Below are positions 47,663 to 60,924 of a stretch of DNA of 64,000 nt, piece after piece; position 1 is the first letter of the stretch; every line of letters begins with the position of its first letter. Source of the DNA: Mustelus asterias (taxonomy: Eukaryota). The notes beneath the pieces were generated by a model, which had not been told where the DNA came from, searched no databases, and saw nothing but the letters and a program-made list of their open reading frames with translations. The stretch covers positions 558,001-622,000 of the forward strand of contig NW_027590140.1 in assembly GCF_964213995.1 (NCBI RefSeq), written 5' to 3'. The translations under genes were made by a program, and so were the position numbers.

Positions 47663-49747
47663 GAATGTTGTGTTTGATTATTTGACTTTTGAGTTCCATT
47701 TGATTTCTGATTTATTTCCATACTTAAGTCAGGAGTACGTCTAAAGAATTTAGAAGTAAGCTTATTTTGTCTGCATTTCTAAGCTTAACTTCATTCGATT
47801 TCATCGGTATGTTTTGTCCGTGCAGATGTGAACATTCTTTCTCAGCAACTGAAACGTTCACAGCTCACATTTGACATGAATACCGGTGTGCCAATGATGA
47901 TGAGTAAATACCCACTGACCGTTCACAACATCCTGTGAAATGAGGGAAGTTTTGAATAAATATGAGGGGTTAGCAGGACCAATGTATATGCGAAACTGTC
48001 AGTGAGATCTGATTTAATGACACCATGCTTCTAAATACTGCATTCAGGAGACCCAAAAATGCAGCCAGAAACTTATGAATTCACACCGGAAAAATGAACT
48101 TCAAGAGTGTTTTTCTTTAATTGTTTCAGTGATTCAGGTGTGCCTGGTAGTTACTTTGTTCGGCCATTTCAGTGTCTACAGTAACATAATGGCCAGACCA
48201 TGTAATGATTTCCTTCCCTAAAGAATTTTAGTGTAGCAGGTTCTTTTGTGACAACTAATCATTATCATCACTGAGACTACCCTATTGTCAATGCAATATT
48301 GCTTCTAATAATTCGTTTAATTGATTAAATTCCACCCGCTGTCATGGTGAGAATTGAACCTATGTGCTGACATTATCAGCATGGAACTTTGAATTCCTGG
48401 GCTGATGGCTTTACAGCTACATCACCATGTTGCATAACTGCTATATTAAATGGAAATTGTTGACTTGCATGACATTCAACGTGACCGCAGTATTCAGAGT
48501 CTTACCCTGGTACAAAAGCAAACCTGAATACTCTTGAGTAAAACAGCAGATCAACGAGACCTCTGTCGCTTAAATCACTGAAGGAACACTTTGACCTGTC
48601 GGTGCCGGTCACTTTCAGAGCTCAACTGTTTTGCATTAAATTTTACTGCTTTATGATGTACTGTAGCATCTCCATGGTTCCTGTTCTCCATCTTATAGTC
48701 TGTTCTCACGGCTTTACAATAATTGCTCTTCAACTCCAAACACGAGCACAAAATTGGTCGTGATAAAAAATAACAGCTGAAAATCTCGAGGTCGACGCTG
48801 CCATGTTCCTCATTTCTTAATAAGCATTTGTCACCAACAATTGCTGAGGTTTGCAAACCGCCAGAAAAAAATCCCGTTGAACTCATACATTTCATCAGGC
48901 TTTTTTTCTAGTAAAACTGTGGTTTTCGCTTTCCGTCGTTCAAAGAATAGAAACGAGGTCAATAAAACATCTTTTTCTCGAATGTGGATAAGGAGAAGAT
49001 GGAGGAGAGAGCTTCAGCAGGTTAATGTGATAAATTACCTTAAAAGTGAAGGAAAGCGGTTTGGAGTCCAGTTAAATATTGCACGCTAGGAACTAGGGAG
49101 CCTTTCAGAAGACTGAGCTCAAGTGCTGTCTTTGGATTGATACAGAAACCCCAGTTTGGTTATTTAAACACCCAGTGGTCACAGAGCCAGGCCGAGTCAG
49201 GCAATTGGCATTGCTTGTGGCGAGTGAGAAACTGAAAAATATGTCTGCAATTTGCAATGCTGAATTTACTTTTTCTGCCAACAATGACAGACAGAGAAGG
49301 TAGGCTGAGTCCAGCAAGCCTGTCCACAATCAAATTAACTGAATGTGAAGTGCAGTCGCTATTGCAATCTCGGAAAGAGTCACCTTGCCATAGCAAGATC
49401 CCCGGTGATGTGATCATCTTTTGAAGCTTGTCGACTGAGGTTTGAAAATCTTGGAGAGCTGTCACGCTTTAGAAACTAGTGAGGTGAAGTGTTTAAGATG
49501 CTCCAGAAAGGCCAGGCGGAGCGTCCATTTAGTACTTTACCTGAGCAATTCACTGTGGAGACGCTCCGACTCCATTCGCATTGGCCGTGTAGGTGCAGCT
49601 GGAATGTGCGCTAAGGTCTCTGGAGGCAGACCTGAAACCACAACTTTCTGAATTAGAGAAGACAGAATTGAGAAATTTAACAGTTAAGACAGAGCCGTGG
49701 ATAGTACTTGAACTGGAGACAGCACCTGTGCCAGTTCTGTTTGGTGA

Positions 49748-50201
49748 CGTTTTTGTAAGCGACAGTTGAGTTTTAAATCTCCGTGTCTCTCAACACGCAG
49801 AAATAGGCAGCAGTGTCTTGGATTTCTGCTCGAGCAATCGTTAAAGGAAAGTTATTTTCTGCATTTGTCTGACCGGCCTCGAATTTCCGCTTGGCGAAAT
49901 CTGCGTCTCTTCTGTCGTTGTGCTACTGTACCAGTAGGGATCGGGGTTATTGTTGTTTTTTGTGAAACTGCAGTCCATTTTCACTCTATCTCCTTTAGTG
50001 ATATGCAGTTCAGTCTGTGGAGGAGACACAGAATCTGCTTGAATCAGCCCTGAAATGAAACATAAGGGAAGGTTTAATGCAACACTGAGCGGAAAATTCC
50101 ATGAACATCAAACTATTGCAAACAAACAAGGAGTTATAGTTTTACATAACAAATACCAGCCAAAGTATAACAAGAGGACGAAACCACTTGAATCCCATCA
50201 T
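49748..50201 (-). pseudogene. TCR V segment pseudogene, paralog of the 10761 V
   Basis: Leader ~50201-50150 with a broken donor. V exon 50049..49786: DSVSPPQTELHITKGDRVKMDCSF..PYWY, internal deletion/frameshift, then ..FEAGQTNAENNFPLTIARAEIQDTAAYFCVLR. RSS: CACGGAG, 22 bp, ACAAAAACG. Confidence 0.88.
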
Positions 50202-51207
50202 TTATTGGCCAGTGATCTCTTTGAATCAGATGTGTGGGGATACAGATATATTTACTATTGTCATTTTTTAAGACAGAAAGCTAAAACAGAAGGCGAGGAA
50301 GTATCTTGTGATTTATTTCAAATACAAAGTAGCAATGCGAAAACTGGGTAGCAGCATGTTAACACGAGTAATGACTGGTCAGCTAGTTTCTCTAGCTGCA
50401 CCATCTGACAGTGTCACTGCTCTGGGCGGTGTTGTATTTGGCAATTCACCCCACCCCCTTCTCTCCACACACCACTTGTTCATTAAATATAACATTCCGG
50501 CATGTAATTTGTCACTGAGACTTTTTTCAAGGTGCCGAAAAAAGGAAAATGATGAATGATAGAAACTGGGAGAGAGGAAGCAGACCTGAAATGGAGAGAA
50601 AATGCGAGAGCGAACAAAACACAAATAAAAAAAAAGGATGAATGATGCAAACCGAGAACGAAATTATGTGCTGATTCTCATGAGATCCATATATTTTTGT
50701 TTTGTTATATCTATGCTCCAGTTATCGGCGATTATAGCAAGACCATCATTTATTGCCCATCGCTAATCTCACATAACCACATTGTGGTCTCATCCTGAAC
50801 TACGGCAGTGTGAATGGTGCAGGTGCTCCCACGGTGTTATTCTGGAGGCATTTAAACGTTTGAATGAGAGACAACATCAGGAACGGTTGTTTATGCCGGA
50901 GTTAGGATTGGATATGATTTATCCTGGATAAAACGACACAGAATGAAATGCTTCGGCCAAGTTGCATGTACTTCAAGTCTTGAAGAGCTATCCCTTCGGG
51001 GCAGTTACTTATTCCTTGCCCATGGACATGCACCTTTGTTCATTTCAAATCTGAAGCCAGCCACTTATTATTGTATCTGCTTCCGCCATTCTTTCAGGCA
51101 GTGTTATGAAGATCATAAAGAGACGCTGTGAAAATAACCATACATTTCTCCACCATTTCTATTTACCGATTATCTTTAATCAGTATCCTCTCATTTGCGT
51201 CCCTGTT

Positions 51208-51530
51208 CATAGAAATCATAGAAACCCTACAGTGCAGAAGGAGGCAATTCGGCCCATCGAGTCTGCACCGACCACAATCCCACCCAGGCCCTACCCCCAC
51301 ATATTTTATCCGCTAATCCCTCTAATCTATGCATCTCAGCACTCTAAGGGGCAATTTTCTTTAACCTGGCCAATCAACCTAATCCGCACATCTTTGGACT
51401 GTGGGAGGAAACCGGAGCACCCGGAGGAAACCCACGCAGACACGAGGAGAATGTGACCCGAGCCGGGAATCGAACCCGGGACCCTGGAGCTGTGAAGCAG
51501 CAGTGCTAACCACTGTGCTACCGTGTTGCC
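51208..51530 (-). mobile_element. HE1-like SINE with internal deletion
   Basis: Reverse complement of the 9309-type consensus. Confidence 0.88.
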
Positions 51531-51839
51531 GATGTACATAATTCTTTCTCACATTTATAAAACCCTTTCAAAAATTTGGGCACCTCATTTAAAGTTCAGC
51601 TCAAGCTCCTTTTTTTCAAGGGAACGAATCCAGTTTCTGTATTCACTGCGATTAACTGATGTCTATAATCCTTGACAGCATTTTGTCAGAACATAAATGT
51701 GTGTTTTTAAATAATTTTAGAAACAAGGGATTTCATTTTTCAAGAGTCTCCGGGTGGAAGATCCCTTTGCTAATTTCTCCAGTTTTGTTGTGTTTTCACG
51801 AGGTTTTTGTACGGGTAAGAGCCGGTTTGAAGCACCGTG

Positions 51840-52143
51840 ATCCTCAATCCGCAGAAATAGATGGCGCTGTCTTTAGTCTCCACAGCAGAAATTGACAAAG
51901 GGAAAACCTGATATTGACTGAAATGACGAGCATCGAATTTTCCTTTGGCAAACTCGGCATCCTTGCGTCTGGTGTTATCCCGGAACAATATGAACTGGAG
52001 TGGCTGGTTCGGGTAGAGCCGGTACCAGTAGCGATCCGGATCAACAGAACTGGAGTTGTAATTACAGCTCAATTCCAGATTAGTTCCCTCAGCTATCTTC
52101 AACTCATGTTGACTCTGTGTTATCGAACTCCCTTGGATAGTAC
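51840..52143 (-). CDS. TCR V segment, open frame, possibly functional
   Basis: TTTGCAG acceptor, then SSITQSQHELKIAEGTNLELSCNYNSSSVDPDRYWYRLYPNQPLQFILFRD..KDSAIYFCGLR. RSS: CACGGTG 51839-51833, 22 bp, ACAAAAACC 51810-51802. The in-phase leader at 52283-52250 (MYSFLCCKKSI) is poorly hydrophobic. Confidence 0.85.
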
Positions 52144-52794
52144 CTGCAAAATAATATGCAAAACATTCAGGTAACCCCCTTATTGATGACAAGAGTCCCC
52201 CTCTCTCCTCTTTCAAAATGAGGAAAAACAATCACAAACTAACTATCACCTATGGATTTTTTACAACAGAGGAAGGAATACATTTCAGTATTTACATAGT
52301 ATAGGGGGCAACAAGTATCAACAAATGTTTCACATGTTCCAATTTACCGAATAGAAATGACGCCACGAGAAATTTAACTGGTGCCATCTCTAAAGTTTTT
52401 CCACGATATTCAAGAATCTAATGTGCAAATCTTTCCGACTACGTGCCCACAATGGCTTTACTTTCCTTGAGACACGATCACTCCAATGATGCCCTGAAAC
52501 GCTGTTCTGAACAAACAGCAGAAATGACTCAGTGAAACACAGAAACAATAAACAGGAAGTGAGCCCCAGTCCGTTTGAATCGCAAAGATCACGCATGTGC
52601 GTGCTTACGTCATTGTCTAGTGCAGTATCAGTTGACACAGAAAGCAGAGTAATATTAATTGACACATAATCCAGTGTTTTATATATAAAGGCAAAGTACC
52701 TTGCTGCAATAATTAAGGCAGACCTTGTGTAATATAAACAACATCAATGTCTAATACATTTTTAGCGGGAACATATTAGTTTAAGGTACTCAAG

Positions 52795-53090
52795 CCAGCA
52801 CTGCAGCAAGTGGTTCGCACTGCTGCCTCACTGCTGCAGGGACCTGAGTTTGATTCCTGTCTGCGTGGAGTTTGCACGTTCTCCCCGTGTTTGCGTGGGT
52901 TTCTTCCGGGTGCTCCAATTTTCTCCCACAATCCAAAGATGGTTAGGTGGATTGGCCATGCTATATTGTCCGTCAATAACCCGAGGTGCGTAGATTAGAT
53001 GGATTAGCGGCGTAAAAATGTGGGGTTACGGGAATAATGTTGTTGGTGCAAACTCAATGGGCCGAATGGCCTCCTTTTGCACAGCAGAGT
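52795..53090 (+). mobile_element. Diverged SINE
   Basis: GTGGTTCGCACTGCTGCCTCAC..GGGCCGAATGGCCTCC. Confidence 0.75.
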
Positions 53091-54254
53091 TTGTGTGTAT
53101 ACTGTAATTTTAGTTTTAAATTAATTTATCAGGCATGGACTTCGCTGGTCAGACCCCATTTATTGCCCATCACTAGTTGTCCTTGAGAGGTGATGTTGCC
53201 TTCTCTGCTGTCTCCGAGGTGTAGGCACACCCACAGTGCTATTAGGAAGTTAAGGCAGCGTCTGTCATAATTTAAACGAAACCATTGTCTTGTTATGAAT
53301 TAATTCACACAGGGGCGAAGTTTATGGGCTGACAGTCATTTAGGAATAGAAAAATATATTTTCATCACTGCAGTAACTATTGATACAGGGACTATTGTAA
53401 CAGGAACGCGGAAATGCTCGACCACAGGAAAACTGCGACAGGGACGGACCTAATATTAACATGATACATATTTTTTTCTAACGCAAATAGTGGCATTTTC
53501 TTGTGCTGTAATAAGTGAGCCAGGGCTGAGCAACAGCGCACAGCAATACAGTACAATAATGATGTAAGTTACAGATAGGGACACATGGTGCAAAGATAAT
53601 AGACAGATCAGCAAATCGCATAAGCAATGTGCAACCCAGCAGAATTGTAGATGTATTGTAACGTCGTAGAAATAGAGGCAAGACCGAGTCTTTTAAAAAC
53701 TGATACATATTCCGATGCACTGATAGTTGAGGCAGGATTGTTTGTAATATAAAATGAAGTGATTTGCATACATCAATAACTGAGGTAGAATTATTGTAAT
53801 ATAAACAATTGGATGGTACAATAGATTGAACATCATGTATTCGAAGATAAACAGGGTGCGATATAAGCAGAGAGAGAATCTAGGGCGGCAGTAATTGGAA
53901 ATGGCCTCAAACATTATGGACAATAATTTGTTGTAGTCCACTAAGTAATGCAGGGCCAAGAGAAACACAATGAGAGTAATGAATCAGCCCCAGTGTAATA
54001 ACTCGAAAGCAAAATTTGGTTCATTTATATCAAGACCTGGTCAACTGTAATATGAATAGAGATATGTTCTATAGATGCCCGTTCTTCCCCATTGCAAACA
54101 GGGACACAATGTGGAATGTGTGAAAGAGGGACAATCAGATTTACATAGAGACATTGCGCAATGCCATATATTATAACGAGAAAGTTATCGAGCATGATAT
54201 GAAATCATACAATGACTTCAGGTAACATGGACAGAGAGAACGTCGAAGTTCCAG

Positions 54255-54530
54255 ATTTATTTATTAGTGTCAGAAGTAGGCTTACATTAATACTGCAATG
54301 AAGTAACTGTGAAAATCCCCTAGTCGCCACATTCCAGCGATTGTTCGGGTACACTGAGGGAGAATTTAGAATGGCTAATGCAACTTACCAGCACATCTTT
54401 GGACTGTGGGATGAAACCGGAGCACCCAGAGGAAATCCACGCAGGCACGGGGAGAATGTGCAGACTCCATACAGACGGTAACACAAGCTGGGAATTCAAC
54501 CCGGATCCCTGGCTCTGCGAGGCAGCAGTC
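54255..54530 (-). mobile_element. SINE (alternative-tail family)
   Basis: Same tail as 4770-5078. Confidence 0.8.
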
Positions 54531-56559
54531 GTCCAGTGAAATAATAAATGAGCCAAGATGTATCAGAAATAGAAAATATATATTTTATTGTTTACAACAG
54601 ACAGAAAATGTCAGTTAAGCAGAGGTACAATCCAATGTAGTATGCCAAGGCCGGATGTGGTTGTGACAATCAGAAGCCCACTCTCATGTCAAAATAAAAC
54701 GGGGCTCCCTGCAGCATCAACAGAAACACAGTCTGCTGTAAAGTGACTCGGGATATTGACTAGTGGAGCAAACACTGACAGAGGACCTCCTTTAAAAAAC
54801 AATTAGATGGCACAATGATTTTTTAACGGGAAAAGCTCTGTAATATAGAAACATAGATATGATTCAAATGCCACCAGGTGGACACAGAATGCTATGACAC
54901 GAGTTTCTCTGACCTCGACCGCAGTTGGATTTCTCCGGTCCCGCTGCAGTAAACGTCGATTTGTCTGAGCACCAAATTCTCCGTTATCGATCGCAGCAGA
55001 ATTCCAATCAGAATTCCTTTCACCCCAGTCCAATTCTGTGCGGCAGCAGCAGGTAAACACAATGGCGCAAAACCAGCCTGGAACAATGGGCAGATGTCAG
55101 GTCTCCCCTGAACAAGACCTGTGGCTGCCTCTGCGAGTTCAGAATGGAGCCACCACCAACTCTCATCCCGAGAACGTTACACGATACATAAACATAAAGA
55201 TTTAAATTAAAATTTGGACAAAATAAACTGAAGGATTAGATTAGTAAGAGTACATCTGTTTGAAGGGGTTTTTCATATGCGAATTAGCAAACCGGCAAGA
55301 AAACAAATGTTTACGAAAATGACTATGGGTTGAACAATGTTTTATGTGAAGGTGTTAGAACTATAGACAAGGTGATTTCAAAGTGGAGAGAGAAGAATAT
55401 AATTTGCAACTATACGAAGAGGTGTTATTAAGATAGCACAACATCAAAGGGAATGGAAAGTATCACCATGGGAGCTGAGTACAGCAGGAGAAGAGCAGCG
55501 ACTACAATAGCCTCACCAAGCTGGAGAAAGCAAACTCTCCCAGAAAGGCAATGTACTGAAAAAAGTGGCTGTTTAAAAAAAACTAACAGAGAAAAACCAC
55601 TATGCTGAACTAAAGAAGCCTTTCCCAAGCTGCAAAGTAACCCGTGGCCGGTCACTATAATCTGTTTTAAACTCATAGAGCCATACAATTTCGTATGTTG
55701 TTTGGGAAAGGGACAGTTCTCAGAGGTCAGAAAACTGTACAACTGGGAACACGGGTTCACCTCATGAGATACTGTGTGTGTGGTCATTATTGTAGTTAAG
55801 GGTCCTGTTGAATTGTATTATAGTCTTTCTTGCTGTGTGCCTATTTTCAGATAATAATTATCCATTATTAATTATTTGCAACAAGGCTGGACCATGTCTC
55901 ACTCGTTTCCATTTTTTATACATTATGTCAAATTGAAACTTTCTACCATTAAGTATTGGTGTTCCACTTGAACATTCTGCATTTTGGGATACCCTCACAT
56001 TGTAGATCAGGTTCTTAACAAACACCACAACAGCGGATGTCTTTAGAAGTTAAATGGAATCGAAGAGTTCATTTAGTTGCCTCAGAATGTTCCCATAGAT
56101 CCATTTTCTTTCTCAGGAGGTCAACTTCCGGCCTCAGAAATTCTATTTAACTAAAATAACCACATCCACCACTCTCGTCGGTAAAGCTGAGCATTCACTG
56201 TGGAAAAATGTTCCTCCTACATCCGCCCCCACCTCCATCCCACATTGCCCATAATCTTAAAAAAGGCACCTTGCATAGCCCCGCACCATTTTCCGTTAGC
56301 ACCATCAGCTAATGGGAACATCTTTTCTTTATCTACCTGAGCAAAGCCTCTCCTAATCTCATCCACTTCGATTACAGCTCCCCTCAATCTCCTCCATTCC
56401 TTTGGAGAACAACCCCAGCATCTCCACCTTCTGGCTAATTTGCGAACTTTTCAAAACGGAATTTAACGAAATTATTCAAATATTTTTCTCCATGGGATTT
56501 ACCTAGAAGTGATCAACTTTTGAGAAAACACGATGGAATTTAAAAATGTTTCGAAGGAA

Positions 56560-56722
56560 AAATGCTGGAAAATCTCAGCACGTCTGGCAGCATCTGTAAG
56601 GAAAGAAAAGAGCTGACGTTTCGGATCCAAAGCTTTCACAAAGCGTCATTTGGATTTGAAACGTCAGCTCTTTTTTCTCCTTACAGATGCTACCAGACCT
56701 GCTGAAATTTTCCAGCATTTTC
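56560..56722. repeat. Palindromic hairpin element (second family)
   Basis: AAAATGCTGGAAAATCTCAGCA..GAGCTGACGTTTC / GAAACGTCAGCTC..TGCTGAAATTTTCCAGCATTTT. A half-copy lies at ~33320-33410. Confidence 0.75.
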
Positions 56723-57196
56723 TCTTTTGAATTCAGATTCCAGCATTCGCAGTAACTTGCTTTTATTAAATTTGTTGCGAACTTCTTAGCATTAAACATA
56801 TTTAAAATAATTTTTTCCCTTGAGTTTGACAAGTGTTGGTCAACGTTTTGGAAATTCGTTTCAGCATTTTGAAAAATAACTTTTCCATGCTGAACTTTTC
56901 CATCTAGACTTTTCCAACTTTCAAAATATAGTGTAAACTCATTAAAATGTTTTTCCAAACGATTTAACAAAAGCGTGCCATTTAAAAAAACAAACACGAT
57001 TAAACTTACTTAATGAAAATCTTTCAGTGGAATTTAATTTGAAATAGTCGAGTTCTAAAAAAATTATCTAACATAAATTTCTCCAGGGTAGCTGACTGAA
57101 GTTCGACAGCATTTATCTGAATAGTTCTAAAGTTATTGAAGAACGTTGTCATCCCAAGTAACATGGAATTTGTGAACTCCTTTTAAAATTTTACAT

Positions 57197-57269
57197 CGAA
57201 CCAGCCAGGAGTCGAATCGGGAATCTTCTAATCCGTAATCAGATGCATTACCCACTGTGCCACTGATCC
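57197..57269 (-). pseudogene. tRNA-Arg(ACG) pseudogene
   Basis: GGATCAGTGGCACAGTGGGTAATGCATCTGATTACGGATTAGAAGATTCCCGATTCGACTCCTGGCTGGTTCG follows vertebrate tRNA-Arg-ACG. The T-stem and B box are mutated. Confidence 0.8.
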
Positions 57270-58390
57270 ACCTGCTAACTTACAGCACTTGTTACATATT
57301 GGTCGAACGCTTCGAAATCGGGCAGAAACTTTGTCAAAGCGATTCGTTTACTTGTGAGGAAAAGTTCCATCATTGAAATTTCCATTATTCGTTTACATAA
57401 TCCCTAATAGCCCTTGAATTGACTTGCTGAGTTAATCTGCCGTGTTGGAATTAAAGACAATAACACTGCCCAACCACTAACCACTCCCCTCAGTGAATCA
57501 ACTATCGAATATGACTTGAGGTGGAGATGCCCAGCTTTGGACGAGGGTAGGCACAGTAGGACGTCTCACAACACCAGGTTAAAGTCCATCAGGTTTAATG
57601 AAATCACGAGCTTTCAGAGCGCTGCACCTTCATGAGGTGAGTGATTCCAAATAAACCTTGTTTTGATTTAATTTGATTTATTATTGTCACATGTATTAAC
57701 ATACAGTGAAACGTATTGTTTCTTGCGCGCTATGCAGACAAAACATACCGCTCATAGAGAAGGAAATCTGTTGGACTTTAATCTGGTGTTGTGAGGCTTC
57801 TTACTGAATATTACTTGAACACAATATTTTGTACCCATATGCCATTAGCTCTTACATATCCCTCAATATGCATTCAGAAAAAAATAAATAGAAGTGCTGA
57901 AATTCTCTGCACACTGCGCAGGAAAAGAGATGCTCCTATTTTGACTCAGCACACATTTTATCAGTTCGCGCAGTGGCAACAAGAGCAGGTTAGAGGCTAG
58001 AAATCCTGCAGCGAATAACTCACCTCCTGACTCGCAGAGCCTACCCACCATCGACAAGGTAAAAGTCAGGAATGTGATGGAATGCTCCCCACTTGTCTGG
58101 ATTATGCAGGAACTCACCACATGTACCTTAGTCGGCAGTTTCCAAACCCAAGAGAGCTGCAACCTGGAAGTTCCCCTCCAAGCCAATCACATCCTGACTT
58201 GGAAATATACCGCTGTTCCTTCACTGTCGCAGGGACAAGATCCTGGAATAGCCGCCCCGCCCCGCCCCCCCCCCAACACCTCCACTCCCCCGCCCCCGCC
58301 GCCTGTCGCCCCAGTAACAGGACGATGCATATACCTACACTAATAGACTGCAGCGGTTCAAGAAGACAGTTCACCACCACCTTCTCAAAG

Positions 58391-58730
58391 GGGCGGCACG
58401 GTAGCACAGTGGTTAGCACTGCTGCTTCACAGCTCCAGGGTCCTGGGTTCGATTCCTGGCTCGGGTCACTGTCTGTGTGGAGTTTGCACATTCTCCTCGT
58501 GTCTGCGTGGGTTTCCTCCGGGTGCTCCGGTTTCCTCCCACAGTCCAAAGATGTGCAGGTTAGGTTGATTGGCCATGTTAAAAATTGTCCCTTGGAGTCC
58601 TGAGATGCGTGGGTTTGAGGGATTAGCGGCTAAATGTGTGGGGGTGGGGCCTGGGTGGGATTGTGGTCGGTGCAGACTCGATGGGCCGAATGGCCTCCTT
58701 CTGCACTGTAGGGTTTCTATGTTTCTATGT
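58391..58730 (+). mobile_element. HE1-like SINE nested in an older LINE 3' fragment (~57980-58770)
   Basis: Full SINE consensus interrupts CACCACCTTCTCAA|..|AATTAATGATG..AATAAACGCCGGCCTAGCCAG. Confidence 0.85.
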
Positions 58731-59039
58731 AATTAATGATGAGTAATAAACGCCGGCCTAGCCAGTGACACACATCTCGTTACTGAATGAAACGACACAT
58801 CCAGCCAGCTGCCTGGACAATCATGGAGTCCCTTGTACAGGTGAATTGTGATAAAATGGATATCCCCTTACAAGTCAACCCTTTTGAAAATGTTGTTCCA
58901 GTGAGGTTGTCGTTCTGATGGATTCCCTGCAGTTAGTGCTCAGGCTCTCAAACCAAACCCCATGTGAACCAACCCCGCCATCTGCACCGGAAAGAAATGA
59001 ACAAAACCTGCGGAATGGGCAATAGAAAGCAACATCAAA

Positions 59040-59128
59040 GGGCTCATCCGGGACTTGAACCCGGGCCCTCTCGAACACTTTGACCTCAAATACCCAAAAC
59101 GAAAACCATGTCCCGAGACGAACGAGCC
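59040..59128 (-). pseudogene. tRNA-Pro(TGG)-derived pseudogene with 17-nt intron-like insert
   Basis: GGCTCGTTCGTCTCGGGACATGGTTTTCGTTT-TGG-G[TATTTGAGGTCAAAGTG]TTCGAGAGGGCCCGGGTTCAAGTCCCGGATGAGCCC. Acceptor and T arms pair; D and anticodon arms are mutated. Confidence 0.75.
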
Positions 59129-59169
59129 TACGCTATCGGTGGGTTCATCAAAATATAGCTCATTTGCTT

Positions 59170-60605
59170 TTCCCAGAGGATTGGAGACTAGCCAATGTTG
59201 TTCCTTTGTTTAAGAAGGGGAGCAAGAATAATCCAGGTAATTACAGGCCGGTGAGCCTTACGTCAGTGATAGGGAAATTATTGGAGAGGGTTCTTCGAGA
59301 CAGGATTTATTCCGACTTGGAAATAAGTGGACGTATTAGTGAGAGGCAACATGGTTTGGTGAAGCGGAGGTCATGTCTCACTAACTTGATCGAGTTATTC
59401 GAGGAAGTGACGAAAATGATTGATTAGAGTAGGGCAGTTGATGTTGTCTACGTGGACTTCGGTAAGGCATTTGACAAGGTTCCTCATGGCAGACTGGTGC
59501 AGAAGGTGAAGACGCATGAGATCAGAGGTGAGCTGGCAAGGTGGACACAGAACTGGTTCGTTCATAGTAGACAGAAGGTAGCAGTGGAAGGGTGCGTTCC
59601 TGAATGAAGGGCTGTGACAAGTGGCGTTCCTCAAGGATCAGTATTGGGACCTTTGCTGTTTGTAATATATATATATAAATGATTTGGAGGAAAATGTAAC
59701 TGACTTCTTCAGTAAGTCTGCGGACGGCACAAAGGTTGGGGGATTTACGGATAGCGATGAGGACCATCAGAGGATACAGCAGGATGTCGATCGGTTGGAG
59801 ACTTGGGCGGAGAAATGGCAGATGGAGTTCAATCCGGAGAAATGTGAGGTAATGCTTTTTGGAAGGTCAAGTACAGATAGGAAATATACAGTCGATGGCA
59901 GAAACCTTAAGAGCATTGATAGGCAGAGGGATCTGGGTGTACAGGTGGAGAAGGTAGTCAAGAAGGCATACGGCACTATTGTCTTCATCAGCCGGGACAC
60001 TGAGTTTAAAAAGTGGCAAGTCATGTGGCAGTTTTATTGAACCATAGTTAGCCCGCACTTGGAATATAGTGTTCAATTCTGGTAGCCACACTACCAGACG
60101 AATGTGGAGGCTTTGACGAGGGTACAGAAAATATTTACCAGGGTGTTATATGGCATGGAGGGCATCAGCTATGAGGAGAGTTTGGAGAAACTTGGTTGGT
60201 TCCCACTGGAACAACGGAGGTTGAGAGGTTACCTGATAGAAGTCTACAAGATTATGAGGGGCATGGACAGAGTGGATAGTAAGAAGCTTTCTCCCAGGGT
60301 CCAAGAGTCAATTACGAGGGGGCATAGGTTTAAGGTGCGAGGGGCAAGTTTTAAAGGAGATATACGAGGCAATTTTTTTACACAGAGAATAGTGGGTATC
60401 TGGAATTCACTGCCGGGGGAAGTAGTGGAAGCAGATGCGATAGTGACTTTCAAGAGGCATCTTGATAAATACATGAATAGGATGGGAATAGAGTGATATG
60501 ATTCCCCGGAAGGGTAGGGGGGCTTCTGTTCTGTCGGGCAGCATGGTCGGTGAAGGCTTGGAGGGCCGACGGGCCTGTTCTTGTGCTGTAATTTTCTTTG
60601 TTCTT
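59170..60605 (+). mobile_element. CR1 LINE ORF2 fragment, degenerate
   Basis: PEDWRLANVVPLFKKG..NYRPVSLTS, WAEKWQMEFN, FFTQRIVGIWNSLP, with stops and frameshifts. Confidence 0.92.
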
Positions 60606-60924
60606 TTGATCCAAAGCAGCTCAATCATCTCTGGTAAAAAACGAAATCGTTGAACAAACTCAGCACGTCCACATTTGAGGACTGAAAGCTCCAGGAAAAT
60701 ATTCACCAACGTTGCAAACTTCACTGTTTGGAACTGGGCGCTTTTGTGTAGAAAGTACACGTTACCCATTGCACTCCACGTAGAATGCGGAGCGCTAAGC
60801 TGAACGAACGAAAATATTTGCAGCACACTAACAGTAAGAGCAGTTTTGATAATCGTAATAATAGATCTCGTGAAGCAATATAAGTTGGCTGTCAATGCTA
60901 AAATAATATTTCTGTTTCGACATT

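Noticed and set aside
55423-56020. Possible solo LTR (TGTTA...TAACA)
   Set aside because: No target-site duplication and no second copy in the window.
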